Assembly (NCBI GenBank): GCA_036679065.1
Contig: JAZIGN010000003.1
Span: 448,001-512,000, forward strand
From: Coprothermobacterota bacterium
GTDB lineage: Bacteria; Coprothermobacterota; Coprothermobacteria; Coprothermobacterales; Coprothermobacteraceae
DNA length: 64,000 bases
Reading direction: 5' to 3'
Shown: positions 54,833 through 64,000 of the stretch, in pieces
Numbering within the stretch: the stretch's first letter is position 1
Layout of the letters: every line of letters starts with the position of its first letter
Notes under the pieces: generated by a model
Seen by the model: only the letters and a program-made list of their open reading frames with translations
What the model was told of the DNA's origin: nothing
The model's database searches: none
Translations under genes and position numbers: made by a program

Positions 54833-55190
54833 GTCCCTTTAACTCCTTTAGTACACGAAGTGCAGTTTCTGCATCCAGTGAACCTTCTCTTAGTTGTTCA
54901 AGTATGTCCCACTCTGTGATCTCTTCTTGTACGTCGTATCCTAAGGTTTTTAGTATGCTCTCCAACCGGTTTCTCACTGTCGGATAAGACAGTCCCAATT
55001 CCTTCTGCACTTCAGATAAATTGCCTCGTTTCTTTAAGAATAGTTTTACAAAGTCCAACTGTTCAGGCGTTAGCTTAAACAGTTCATCCATGGGGAAATC
55101 CCCCGTTATGGCTGTTCCGCAGTCAGGGCATTTTAGTCCAGTTATATGAAGTTGAGAACCGCAATTTGGGCACACTGTAATCATTTTCAT
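54819..55190 (-). CDS. DUF2089 family zinc-ribbon/HTH protein
   Basis: CPNCG, CPDCGT, RGNLSEVQKELGLSYPTVRNRL; ATG 55190 after AGGAGG. Confidence 0.88.
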   Translation of the reverse strand: MKMITVCPNCGSQLHITGLKCPDCGTAITGDFPMDELFKLTPEQLDFVKLFLKKRGNLSEVQKELGLSYPTVRNRLESILKTLGYDVQEEITEWDILEQLREGSLDAETALRVLKELKGHENN

Positions 55191-55350
55191 CGCCTCCTTT
55201 AATAATATTAACACATATGTTAGAAAAGTCAATATGTTACTTTCAAATATAGAAAGATTGCTCCGGTAAGTTTTGCGCACACCGGGGTCAAGAGGATGGG
55301 AAATGTTAAGGCTCTCTTTTCAATGTTATGTGCATATTAAAGTGCATATG

Positions 55351-55379
55351 TTGAATTACGATAGTTTTCTACCTATAAT
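55351..55379 (+). promoter_or_regulatory. sigma70-type promoter of the NhaC-family gene
   Basis: TTGAAT-N17-TATAAT. Confidence 0.65.
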
Positions 55380-55427
55380 GACCAGAATCATCTGTTTTGT
55401 TTAATTGATCACGGGAGGTGTTGTAAA

Positions 55428-57089
55428 ATGAAAGATCGACACTGGTTTTGGTTTGCGCTGATTGTAGTCATCTTTTTATGTTTGCCAGGCTACGTCATGG
55501 CCGAAGATTCTACGGTGCTAAATTTCGGCATTTGGTCATTGCTCCCAGCTCTTTTAGCAATTGTTCTGGCGTTTGTCACTCGCCAGGTTGTACTTTCCCT
55601 ATTTTTGGGAGCTTTTGTGGGAGTTGTCATGCTGGAAGGTGGTAACGTCTTCAGTGCTTTCTTAACACTTCTTAGCAAGTATCTTGTAGGAGCACTTACC
55701 GATAGCTTCCACGCTGGCATACTTATCTTTCTCATGGTACTTGGTTCTGTGGTAGGGATAATAGGCCGCATGGGTGGGACTAAAGCTTTGGCTGATTTTA
55801 TTGGAAGGCTGGCCAAAAATGAAAGAACAGCGCAGTTTGCCGCTTGGTTACTGGGCATTGTGGTTTTCTTTGATGACTACGCCAATGCTGTGGTGGTGGG
55901 CCCTACAATGAGGCCTTTGTTCGATAAATACAACATCTCCCGTGAAAAACTGGCTTTCATTGTTGATGCTACTGCGGCTCCCGTTACGGGTTTATTCATA
56001 ATCTCTACCTGGATTGGCTATGAGCTTTCTTTGATAAAGGACTCCTATGCCAGTTTAGGTATTGCTGCTGCACCATATGATGTGTTCCTTTCAAGTCTGC
56101 CTTTTAGATTCTATGAGATTCTCATGTTACTTTTTGTGCTGCTAATTGCGTTCACTGGTAGGGATTTTGGACCCATGTGGCACGCAGAGCACAGGGCTCG
56201 AACTACGGGGAAGTTACTTGACGATGATGCACGACCCATAGCGGCTAACATAAAAATGGAGCAAGTTTACCTAGGGAACAAAGAAGCAAGGGCATATAAC
56301 GCATTGATACCAATTGTGGTCCTGATTGTTTCTTCCCTGATTGCGCTTTGGTACAACGGTGGCGGTCCAAACCTGGGTTACACATTTGATGCTATTAGAC
56401 AGGCTTTCAGTAATGCTGATTCGTCTATTGCTATTCTATGGGCTACCGTATTCACAGCCATTGTCACAGTTCTTCTGGCTGTAGGGCAGCGCATACTCAG
56501 TTTGCAGGAAACCATGGACGCTTTTACTGAAGGTGCTGCATCAATGGTTCCAGCGTTGATGATTCTGACGTTGGCTTGGACAATATCTGGGGTCATTGCT
56601 GATGTGGGGACTGCTCAGTTCTTGGTTGGTGTTCTGTCCGAGCATTTGCCTGTGTTCGCAGTGGCTCCGCTAGTTTTCTTGGTGGCTTCTTTAGTGAGTT
56701 TTGCCACTGGTACAAGCTGGGGAACCATGGCTATTGTGATGCCACTTGCCATACCACTGGCCTATAATGTTAGTCCGACCATAACTACTTTGGTGGTTGG
56801 TAGCGTGCTCGGTGGGGCCATTTTTGGTGATCATTGTTCACCCATATCAGATACTACCATAATGGCTTCCATGTCTTCTGCTTGCGACCACATTGCGCAC
56901 GTTAAAACTCAGTTACCTTACGCCCTGGCAATTCAGGTTATTTGTCTGATCTTATACGTCTTGGGTGGTTTTATCTCCAGTTGGTGGGTATTGCTTCTTA
57001 TTGGTGCTGTAAGTGTGCTTGCTGTAGTAAGGTACGTAGGGAAACCTGTAGGAGCGTCAAATTCAAAGCCTAGTTCCGATAGAATTTAA
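55428..57089 (+). CDS. Na+/H+ antiporter NhaC family transporter (possibly amino-acid transporter)
   Basis: FFDDYAN, SREKLA..VDATAAP, GTSWGT, GAIFGDHCSPISDTT, HVKTQLPYA. Confidence 0.9.
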   Translation: MKDRHWFWFALIVVIFLCLPGYVMAEDSTVLNFGIWSLLPALLAIVLAFVTRQVVLSLFLGAFVGVVMLEGGNVFSAFLTLLSKYLVGALTDSFHAGILIFLMVLGSVVGIIGRMGGTKALADFIGRLAKNERTAQFAAWLLGIVVFFDDYANAVVVGPTMRPLFDKYNISREKLAFIVDATAAPVTGLFIISTWIGYELSLIKDSYASLGIAAAPYDVFLSSLPFRFYEILMLLFVLLIAFTGRDFGPMWHAEHRARTTGKLLDDDARPIAANIKMEQVYLGNKEARAYNALIPIVVLIVSSLIALWYNGGGPNLGYTFDAIRQAFSNADSSIAILWATVFTAIVTVLLAVGQRILSLQETMDAFTEGAASMVPALMILTLAWTISGVIADVGTAQFLVGVLSEHLPVFAVAPLVFLVASLVSFATGTSWGTMAIVMPLAIPLAYNVSPTITTLVVGSVLGGAIFGDHCSPISDTTIMASMSSACDHIAHVKTQLPYALAIQVICLILYVLGGFISSWWVLLLIGAVSVLAVVRYVGKPVGASNSKPSSDRI

Positions 57090-58423
57090 GGTAGCGTCGA
57101 CATGGTTTCTTGGGTGCTGTCAGCTTCTAAGCTGGCCATGGCAAGATCCTCAACATGTTGGACGTTGTAATTGGCGAACGCCAGGAGCGCAACCGCAATG
57201 GAAAGGATTGAGCCCAAAATCATTAAGAAGCTGATGGCACCTGCAGGACCTTGGCCCAATACGTTAGATAGCATGGTCTTTTGGTTGAAATAAGGGACTA
57301 AGACGTTATCAACCAGTGGACCGCTAAGAAACATGGGTATTCCACTAAGGGCTTGAGCTATGAATCTGCGCGCTGAGAACACTCTACCTTGCATGGTTAT
57401 GGGAACAATACTTTGCCATATGGCTTGGCTATGAGTGTTTGCCATAACTCCACCGAAAGAACCTAGCGTAGCACCTATGCACATAGTCGGTATCCATCTG
57501 AAGTAACCTAATATTAAGAATCCGACATCGCTTATGATCAGACCAATAAGCAGCGCTGTGACTTTTCTACCTGGCAGGACCCAAAGAGAGAGTAGTAGTG
57601 TACCGATTAGGCCTCCGACTCCAAAAAACGTTTCAATAGTTCCTAATGCTAAGGCATTGTTGTTGGTTCTTGCAAGTACATAGGGTGAGAACAAACTGTT
57701 TCCAAATCCAGCAAAGAAATTAGAAGCGAGGAAAACCATCAGTAGCATAAGCAGTGGTTTCCTTTGTGAAATAAACTTGAAGCCAAACAATATGTCTTGC
57801 CAGAAGCCGGCCGATGCATCTCCTTTACCGGTAGTTTCCTTTTTTCTTATGTCAGGTATGAAAACCCATAGGTTTATTAACACAGCTAGCGTTAGGGTCA
57901 GAAGGTCTATGGTCATGATACCTTCCAGGCCAATAGTACCTAGTAGCCCACCTGCAAGTATGGGCGCAACTAGTGCTGGACCGTAGTCAGTAATGCTGAA
58001 CAGTGCGTTTGCCTTCGTGTATTGATCTGGTTTTAACATGCTAGCTAGTGTTACGGAGTAGGCTGGCCATTGAAGAGCTGAAAAAATGCCATTAACAAAG
58101 GACATGGTATAAAGGAAGGATAAAGTTAGTGCATTTTGCGTGTAGAGGAAAAGAGCTATTAGCGTAAGCACACCTGAAGCTATATCGGGTAGTATGAGCG
58201 ATATTTTTCTAGGCCAACGGTCAACTAAGCTACCAGCCGCCAAGCCGAAAATCACTTGTGCACCAAAGAAGAGAATGCTCATAATACTGAATGGGGTGGC
58301 TCTACCAAATTCTTGCCAAACCCAATAAGAGAGACCGAATTGAGTCATTGCGGTGCCTGTTATCGAAGCTACTTGGCCCATTGTTATTGTGGCGAACCCT
58401 TTCAAGCCTGAAGGTCTTGTCAC
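57086..58423 (-). CDS. MFS transporter (DHA3/MefA-like)
   Basis: GQ..S..G..M..F, AGSLVDRW.RK, QGRVFS; 12-TM pattern. Confidence 0.85.
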   Translation of the reverse strand: MTRPSGLKGFATITMGQVASITGTAMTQFGLSYWVWQEFGRATPFSIMSILFFGAQVIFGLAAGSLVDRWPRKISLILPDIASGVLTLIALFLYTQNALTLSFLYTMSFVNGIFSALQWPAYSVTLASMLKPDQYTKANALFSITDYGPALVAPILAGGLLGTIGLEGIMTIDLLTLTLAVLINLWVFIPDIRKKETTGKGDASAGFWQDILFGFKFISQRKPLLMLLMVFLASNFFAGFGNSLFSPYVLARTNNNALALGTIETFFGVGGLIGTLLLSLWVLPGRKVTALLIGLIISDVGFLILGYFRWIPTMCIGATLGSFGGVMANTHSQAIWQSIVPITMQGRVFSARRFIAQALSGIPMFLSGPLVDNVLVPYFNQKTMLSNVLGQGPAGAISFLMILGSILSIAVALLAFANYNVQHVEDLAMASLEADSTQETMSTLP

Positions 58424-58552
58424 CGAGTACCACCCCTTTGATATTTATATAGGTCAACTTGAAAGAATTATAACACAAGGTAAATAAATTTAAGGCTAAA
58501 GACACAGATCCTTTATTCAAAGACAGCGGTTCTATGCTGTTACAATGTAGAT

Positions 58553-59281
58553 ATGAAGATTTCGGTACTTTCATCTGTAAGCGAGCAGATTCCTGAAGGA
58601 AATTTTGTATGGATTGCGTTGGATGTCATCCGTGCCACGAGTACCATTGTTACGTTCCTTGCTCAGGGTGGTAAATCGGTTCTTGTTACAGATTCTATTG
58701 ACTTGGCTACTAGAGAAAAAGTAAAGGATCCATCGGTGATTCTTATTGGGGAGAGGGGCGGAATCAAAATAGATGGTTTCGATTTTGATAACTCTCCTGT
58801 GAGTTTGGTAAAACATGCTGATCAAATAACAGATGCCAGAGCCATTATGACTACCACAAACGGCACCAATTTGTTAATAAAGCTCCAGAATACCACTACG
58901 AGAATTCTGGTTGGATCACTGCTAAACCTATCATCTGTGGTGCGAGAAGCCTTTGACATTGTCCAAAAGGAGCAATTTGATGGTATTGGGGTGGCTTGTG
59001 CTGGGAAGGAAGGTCGACTCGTTGGAGACGATTTTTACTGTGCGGGTCTTATGGTAAGCAGACTACTAACCTTGAGCAACGCAAACATGGAACTTGATGA
59101 TGCAGCAAAGGTATCTCTATCTTGGGCTAAAGTAACTGATGACCCACTAGATGTACTCATGCAGTCAGAGAGTGGAGGAAACATATTGAGATACGGCAAA
59201 GACGCTGATATAAAGTTTTGTTCTCAAATAGATCTGTATGCTGTTGTTCCCAAAGTTGTTGGTAATATTGTAACAAGATGA
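58553..59281 (+). CDS. comB: 2-phosphosulfolactate phosphatase family protein
   Basis: DVIRATST, GERGG..IDGFDFDNSP, TTTNGT, CAG, DD.YCAG. Confidence 0.9.
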   Translation: MKISVLSSVSEQIPEGNFVWIALDVIRATSTIVTFLAQGGKSVLVTDSIDLATREKVKDPSVILIGERGGIKIDGFDFDNSPVSLVKHADQITDARAIMTTTNGTNLLIKLQNTTTRILVGSLLNLSSVVREAFDIVQKEQFDGIGVACAGKEGRLVGDDFYCAGLMVSRLLTLSNANMELDDAAKVSLSWAKVTDDPLDVLMQSESGGNILRYGKDADIKFCSQIDLYAVVPKVVGNIVTR

Positions 59282-59302
59282 AATAACGGGGGTGAGTTAT
59301 TC

Positions 59303-59956
59303 GTGAAGTTCTTTTTGGATACCGCTTTTGTTGAAGAAATAAGGGCTGCAAAAGAGTGGGGTATTCTAGATGGAGTTACTACTAACCCAACATTGGTTGC
59401 CAAGACAGGCAAAGGTTTCATGGAAGTGGTTCAAGACATACTTAACATTGTGGAGGGGCCAGTCAGTTTAGAGGTAGTGGCACAAGATGCTCAGGGGATG
59501 GTGGAGCAAGCACAGCAGCTGCGTCGTTTAGGTGAACAGGTGGTGATTAAGATTCCAGCTACGCAAGAAGGCATAAAGGCCGTGAAGGTGCTTTCCCAAG
59601 AAGGTATACCGACAAATGTGACGCTTATCTTCCAACCGCTTCAAGCGTTGTTGGCTGCTAAAGCTGGGGCTACCTATGTTTCGCCATTTGTGGGACGCTT
59701 GGAAGATATTGGACACGATGCTATGGATCTGGTGTTTGACATTAAAAACATATTCGATAATTACGGCTTTGAAACCCAGATCATAGTTGCCAGTATTAGA
59801 CATCCTAAGCACGTCCTTGATGCAGCTCGCATAGGTGCTGATATTTGCACGGTTCCATTCAAAGTTATGGAACAGCTTTTTAAACACGCGCTAACTGACA
59901 GGGGATTGGAACAATTCTTAGCTGATTGGTCAAAGGTACCTGGGCGTCCTTTTTAG
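59303..59956 (+). CDS. tal: transaldolase (MipB/FSA-type short family)
   Basis: GVTTNPT, SLEV (Glu) and YVSPFVGR (Phe) indicate transaldolase rather than FSA (Gln/Tyr); VIKIP Schiff-base Lys. Confidence 0.88.
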   Translation: MKFFLDTAFVEEIRAAKEWGILDGVTTNPTLVAKTGKGFMEVVQDILNIVEGPVSLEVVAQDAQGMVEQAQQLRRLGEQVVIKIPATQEGIKAVKVLSQEGIPTNVTLIFQPLQALLAAKAGATYVSPFVGRLEDIGHDAMDLVFDIKNIFDNYGFETQIIVASIRHPKHVLDAARIGADICTVPFKVMEQLFKHALTDRGLEQFLADWSKVPGRPF

Positions 59957-59969
59957 TGCACAATGTCAG

Positions 59970-59997
59970 GGGAGCCTAGGGTATTAGGCTCCCTTTA
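59970..59997 (+). terminator. intrinsic terminator after comB-tal, overlapping the nfnB stop
   Basis: GGGAGCCTA / TAGGCTCCC stem then TTTA. Confidence 0.6.
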
Positions 59998-61354
59998 TAA
60001 ACTTATCAATGTAAATGGCAGCTTTTTTTCCTGCTCCCAGAGCTTCTATGACGGTTGCTGAACCTGTTACAATGTCGCCTCCAGCAAACACACCAGGTAT
60101 GTTGGTTTGGTATTGCTCATCTACTACAATGTTGCCATGGGGCGTGAGTAGAAGTTCTGGCGTGCTGTACTTAAGTATGGGATTTGGCGTTGTCCCAATG
60201 GCTACTATAACTTGGTCGCAGTAAATTTCGTAGTTGCTTCCTTCAATGGGTATAGGCTTTCTTCTGCCTCGCTCATCTGGTGATCCAAGCTGCATGGAAA
60301 CAACTTCTACTGACTGTACCCAACCGTCCTTGCCGTGGAAAGCAACCGGATTTGTTGGAAGCTTCATGTGTATACCTTCTTCTTCTGCATGCTGAACTTC
60401 TTCAGCTCGCGAGGGCATTTCAGCTCTACTGCGTCTGTAAACAACAGTGACATTGGCGCCTAAACGCCTCGCGGTTCTGGCGGCATCCATGGCAACATTT
60501 CCTGCACCGACTACTACTACTTCCTTACCCTTTTTTATGGGTGTGTCAAATTCTGGGAATCGGTAAGCTTTCATGAGGTTGACCCTGATTAGGAATTCAT
60601 TGGCCGTGAATATGCCATTGAGGTTCTCACCAGGTACTCTCAAAAGCAACGGTGCTCCAGCACCGGTTCCCAAAAATATACTTTTGAATTCTCGCCGCAG
60701 CTGCTGCAAGGTGTAAGTCTTCCCTATGATAACGTCTGTATGGATAAGAACGCCTAAGTCACTCAGAAGCATGATTTCGTGGTTGACTATTTTCTTTGGT
60801 AGTCTGAATTCTGGTATGCCATAGCTAAGTACGCCACCTGGTAGATGGAGTGCTTCGAACAAATGTACCTCATAGCCTTTTTTGGCTAAATCAGCTGCTG
60901 CAGCTAAGCTGGCAGGTCCCGTACCTACACAAGCTACCGGAATGTGGTTCTTTTTTTCCGTTTCTATTTGCTGTGGCTTGTACATTTCGTGGTCTGCCAG
61001 AAATCTTTCAAGTCTGCCTATGGCGATAGGTTTTCCCATTTTAGCCAAGACGCAGGATGCTTCACACTGAATCTCCTGAGGGCAGACTCGTCCAGTCATG
61101 GCAGGAAAGTTGTTCTTTTCCTTTATCTTGTAATAACCTTCTTTGAATTTTCCTTCTTGTATTAACCCAATGAAGGCTTTTATATCAATGTTTACAGGAC
61201 ACCCTTGTATGCAGGTTGGATTGGGGCACTGCAAGCAACGAGAGGCTTCCATAAGAGCTTGTTCCTCTGTGTAGCCTAGTGCCACTTCATCAAAATTCGT
61301 GATCCTTAGTTTGGGATCTTGCTCTGGCATGGGGATTCTGTCTTTCAAAGGCAT
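59984..61354 (-). CDS. nfnB: NADH-dependent reduced ferredoxin:NADP+ oxidoreductase large subunit (GltD/SudA-like)
   Basis: RCLQC...C..GCP, GRVCPQE.QCE..C, IGRLERF, YGIPEFRLP, GAGNVAMD, AGGD; follows nfnA-like gene. Confidence 0.88.
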   Translation of the reverse strand: MPLKDRIPMPEQDPKLRITNFDEVALGYTEEQALMEASRCLQCPNPTCIQGCPVNIDIKAFIGLIQEGKFKEGYYKIKEKNNFPAMTGRVCPQEIQCEASCVLAKMGKPIAIGRLERFLADHEMYKPQQIETEKKNHIPVACVGTGPASLAAAADLAKKGYEVHLFEALHLPGGVLSYGIPEFRLPKKIVNHEIMLLSDLGVLIHTDVIIGKTYTLQQLRREFKSIFLGTGAGAPLLLRVPGENLNGIFTANEFLIRVNLMKAYRFPEFDTPIKKGKEVVVVGAGNVAMDAARTARRLGANVTVVYRRSRAEMPSRAEEVQHAEEEGIHMKLPTNPVAFHGKDGWVQSVEVVSMQLGSPDERGRRKPIPIEGSNYEIYCDQVIVAIGTTPNPILKYSTPELLLTPHGNIVVDEQYQTNIPGVFAGGDIVTGSATVIEALGAGKKAAIYIDKFIKGA

Positions 61355-61361
61355 AATAATC

Positions 61362-62183
61362 TCACCGACTTTCGTTGTCCAGCAAGGATAGACTTATAGC
61401 TTCTTCTTCCTTGTACATGCTTAGACGGGGAAGCAGCGTGTTCCAGTCTACCATGTGGCCATCAAGCTCAGGCCCCTCAATACAAGTTAGTACGGTTCCG
61501 TCTTTGTAACCTACACGGCAAGCTCCACACATTCCTGTTCCGCAAACCATGATACTATTCAGTGAAACCAACGTCTTGACTTTAAGTGGTCTGGTAATAT
61601 CTGAAACTGCTTTCATCATTACCGCCGGCCCAATGGTAACGACTAGGTCCACAACTTCGTTGGATAATATTTCCCTCAAAGCATCAGTAACAAAACCTTT
61701 TACACCATAAGAACCGTCATCCGTAGTGATGATGAGCTTTTCCGATATGTCTTGGAGTTCTTTTTCGAAAAGCAGCAGATTTTTGCTACGGGCACCAAGA
61801 ATGACGGTAATGTTATTGCCGCAGGCACGCAGGTGTTTTCCCAGAGGTACCGCAGTGGCAGCACCAACGCCGCCTGCTATGAGCACAACATTTCCGAACT
61901 TTTGACTGGGAAAGGCATGACCAGTTGGCCCCATGATATCTTGAATCTGCTCACCGACTTTCATCTTACCCAGCAATTTTGTACTCTTACCCACCTCTTG
62001 GAACACGATGTGTATGTTTTCTTCATCGGTGTCAAACACTGTCAAAGGTATGCGTTCGCCTCGCTCATGGGGTAACACGATAACAAAATTGCCCGGTTTA
62101 TATGCTTTTGCAATATGGGGTGCTCTTACTTTTATCTTCCATATGTCTGGTGCTACGAGTTCCTTATCAACTAATTCGTACAT
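61362..62183 (-). CDS. nfnA: Nfn small subunit (SudB/PyrK-like FAD, [2Fe-2S])
   Basis: PG.FVI, GERIPLT, VGKST, GGVG, TDDGSYG, IGP..MM, NSIMVCGTGMCGACR...C.EGP. Confidence 0.88.
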   Translation of the reverse strand: MYELVDKELVAPDIWKIKVRAPHIAKAYKPGNFVIVLPHERGERIPLTVFDTDEENIHIVFQEVGKSTKLLGKMKVGEQIQDIMGPTGHAFPSQKFGNVVLIAGGVGAATAVPLGKHLRACGNNITVILGARSKNLLLFEKELQDISEKLIITTDDGSYGVKGFVTDALREILSNEVVDLVVTIGPAVMMKAVSDITRPLKVKTLVSLNSIMVCGTGMCGACRVGYKDGTVLTCIEGPELDGHMVDWNTLLPRLSMYKEEEAISLSLLDNESR

Positions 62184-62291
62184 GCATGAGCCTCCGTATA
62201 TGTGAAATCGGTTTCACGTTCATTGCCTATTTTAGCATTTATGGTTCCACGAGAAGTAATCGATTGAATGAATTGCTAAGCAGGGACATCC

Positions 62292-62324
62292 AAAAAAGAA
62301 GCCACCCTCTTTTTGGGTGGCTTC
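62292..62324 (-). terminator. intrinsic terminator of the radical SAM gene
   Basis: GAAGCCACCC / GGGTGGCTTC stem followed by six U on the minus strand. Confidence 0.8.
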
Positions 62325-62343
62325 GCCAAACACATTGCTTGAA

Positions 62344-63777
62344 CTATGTATCTTCTTTGTGCTCTTCCTCAAACTTCTTTAGCTTTTGCTCTCGTTCTTG
62401 ATAAAGTTTCTCCGCGTAACCCTTAATAGCAGGGTTAGTTAGATAGCGTTCCTTCCAAATTTCATCAAAAACTTCTTTTACTTGCTTGCTGTAGTCGTCT
62501 AGGAAGCTCTTTATGTTGTCATCCATGACTATAACTTCGGCGCCTTCATGAGTTGGTTTCGGATGTGTTTTTGCGACGATCTCTCTAAGTTTATCCGGGT
62601 TATCAATGATTTGGCAGGGTAGCAGTAAGTTATCATCGAAAGGTTGATGCGCTCTTATGGCTCTCATGAAGTCACTATCCAGCGCTTCTTTTAAAGATTT
62701 CTCTTTGATATTGTCAGCAGAGAAGTGAACGAATATGCATGGTTCAACGTCTCCCTTGGGGTTGATGTGAATGTAACGACGTCCTCCAGCTATGCAACCT
62801 CCAACGTACGGGGCATCTCCCCAGAAATCCATCATGAATAAAGGCTTCTCCAATCTAACGCGCTGAACAGTTTCATAGAGTTTCTTGCGTTGCTCAGGAG
62901 TAGGCATCAAGCTGGTATCTGGGTCTTTACCTACTGGCATGAACAAGAAGTACCAACCAAACAGTGCTCCTTTCTCGATGAGGAAGTCGTAGAATTCATC
63001 TGAGGTAACTGTATCGGCATTAAGACGAGTATAAGTGATAGAGACGCCGAAGGGAATCCCATTGGCTTTTAAGGTGTCCATAACCTTAACCACGTTCGCG
63101 AACATTCCTGGGCCTCGCCGCTGATCAGTTTCCTTTTCCCAACCTTCGATGGATATGACAGGGACAATGTTACCAACCTCTTTAAGTTGTTCGATCATTT
63201 TGGGGTTTGTGAGCAAAGTACCGTTTGTGAATGTGTGGAACACCACGTCTGGATGGTTCTTGGCCACTTCAAACAAGTGAGGGTAGACAAAAGGTTCTCC
63301 ACCCAAAATGGTGTACAGATAAGTGCCGAGTTCTTCGCCCTCTCTGATAATGCGGTCAAAAAGCTCGGGGGGCATGTCGTCTTCACGGGTGTACAAGCCC
63401 GCATAGCAACCTACGCAGGATAAGTTACATCTCATGGTGGGGCTTATCAAAATAGTAAAAGGACCTGGAAAACCGTATTTCTTCTCGGTTTCTATTTGCT
63501 TCTGCACACCAATTGCCAGCTCGTTAATGAAGAAATTGTAAGCAAGACGTTCCAAGAAAACGGGGTCAACCTCGTTGAACACTCTCATAATGAGAGGGTG
63601 GTATACTCCACCTGGTTCGAGATAAGTTCTTGCAACCCGCAAATTCTCCTTATACCTCTCTGGGAAAAGTGATTCCGCCAGGTTAAGGATCTTCGTCAAG
63701 TTCTCCTCTGGGTTCTGCTTCACATACCTTAATGTATATTTCAAAGCAGTACCCATAGCTGATGTTTTCAATGACAT
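62344..63777 (-). CDS. radical SAM protein with SPASM/twitch-type C-terminal Cys cluster
   Basis: PTMRCNLSCVGC (CxxxCxxC), GGEP, FTNG, GCIAGGRRY.HIN..GDVEPC, LLPC..ID; ATG 63777 after GAGGTGG. Confidence 0.9.
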   Translation of the reverse strand: MSLKTSAMGTALKYTLRYVKQNPEENLTKILNLAESLFPERYKENLRVARTYLEPGGVYHPLIMRVFNEVDPVFLERLAYNFFINELAIGVQKQIETEKKYGFPGPFTILISPTMRCNLSCVGCYAGLYTREDDMPPELFDRIIREGEELGTYLYTILGGEPFVYPHLFEVAKNHPDVVFHTFTNGTLLTNPKMIEQLKEVGNIVPVISIEGWEKETDQRRGPGMFANVVKVMDTLKANGIPFGVSITYTRLNADTVTSDEFYDFLIEKGALFGWYFLFMPVGKDPDTSLMPTPEQRKKLYETVQRVRLEKPLFMMDFWGDAPYVGGCIAGGRRYIHINPKGDVEPCIFVHFSADNIKEKSLKEALDSDFMRAIRAHQPFDDNLLLPCQIIDNPDKLREIVAKTHPKPTHEGAEVIVMDDNIKSFLDDYSKQVKEVFDEIWKERYLTNPAIKGYAEKLYQEREQKLKKFEEEHKEDT

Positions 63778-63873
63778 ACTCTTCACCACCTCTCTTATGG
63801 ATTATATACCCTTAAGCTGATGTTTTCAATGACATACTCTTCACCACCTCTCTTATGGATTATATACCCTTAA
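63757..63873. repeat. perfect 58-bp direct tandem duplication
   Basis: AGCTGATGTTTTCAATGACATACTCTTCACCACCTCTCTTATGGATTATATACCCTTA at 63757-63814 and again at 63815-63872. Confidence 0.97.
63801..63829 (-). promoter_or_regulatory. junction-created sigma70 promoter for the radical SAM gene
   Basis: Minus strand TTGAAA (63829-63824), 17-nt spacer, TATAAT (63806-63801). Confidence 0.7.
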
Positions 63874-64000
63874 ATAAATTAGTTATTCACGTTGATTACA
63901 AAGAACTGCTGAATAGTCCTTATTTTAAATAACTAAAAGTTGTCTTTGTATACATAGATTAAGGCCTTTTTGTTTCAACTACTAAAACAGGATACGTAAA

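Noticed and set aside
55330..55349. GTGCATAT direct repeat upstream of the nhaC promoter as an ARG box
   Set aside because: Spacing and symmetry do not fit the ArgR consensus; too short to assign.
58553..59281. comB as evidence for coenzyme M synthesis
   Set aside because: No comA/comC in the window; stand-alone ComB homologues are widespread in bacteria.
59984..61354. Glutamate synthase small subunit
   Set aside because: No gltB nearby and it is paired with an NfnA/SudB-like gene, so Nfn fits better.
63757..63873. Tandem repeat as a CRISPR array, or the uORF as a RiPP precursor
   Set aside because: Only two abutting copies with no spacer and no cas genes; the peptide simply copies the enzyme's own N-terminus.

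Overview
Compact, gene-dense bacterial chromosome segment, mostly core genome. The 16S rRNA and gene content look like a deep-branching thermophilic anaerobe, most likely Coprothermobacter; this is recognition from memory, not a database search. Contents: a three-gene GH57 alpha-glucan cluster with PGI/PMI, htrA, speD-speE, a small probably foreign island (about 9.3-11.6 kb), ychF, murJ, tRNA-Ser(CGA), kbl/bioF, lgt, ispE, glnA, rsmA, tldD-pmbA, mnmG-mnmA, a SufT-like gene, rlmH, a CsoR-family repressor, an OPT transporter with a PqqD-like gene, a full 16S-23S-5S operon with no spacer tRNA, copA, rarA, pepT, comB-tal, nfnAB and a radical SAM gene. No CRISPR array, prophage or intact IS element is visible. 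Most notable: (1) a perfect 58-bp tandem duplication that builds a new TTGAAA-N17-TATAAT promoter and a 7-codon uORF upstream of the radical SAM gene; (2) NfnA with Cys in place of the usual Asp [2Fe-2S] ligand; (3) G at 23S position 2058 (E. coli numbering); (4) a CsoR/CstR-type operator between mnmA and sufT near an atypical CsoR-family gene; (5) several apparently leaderless genes; (6) two orphan, highly diverged complex-I-like membrane subunits. All product calls come from motif recognition by eye.
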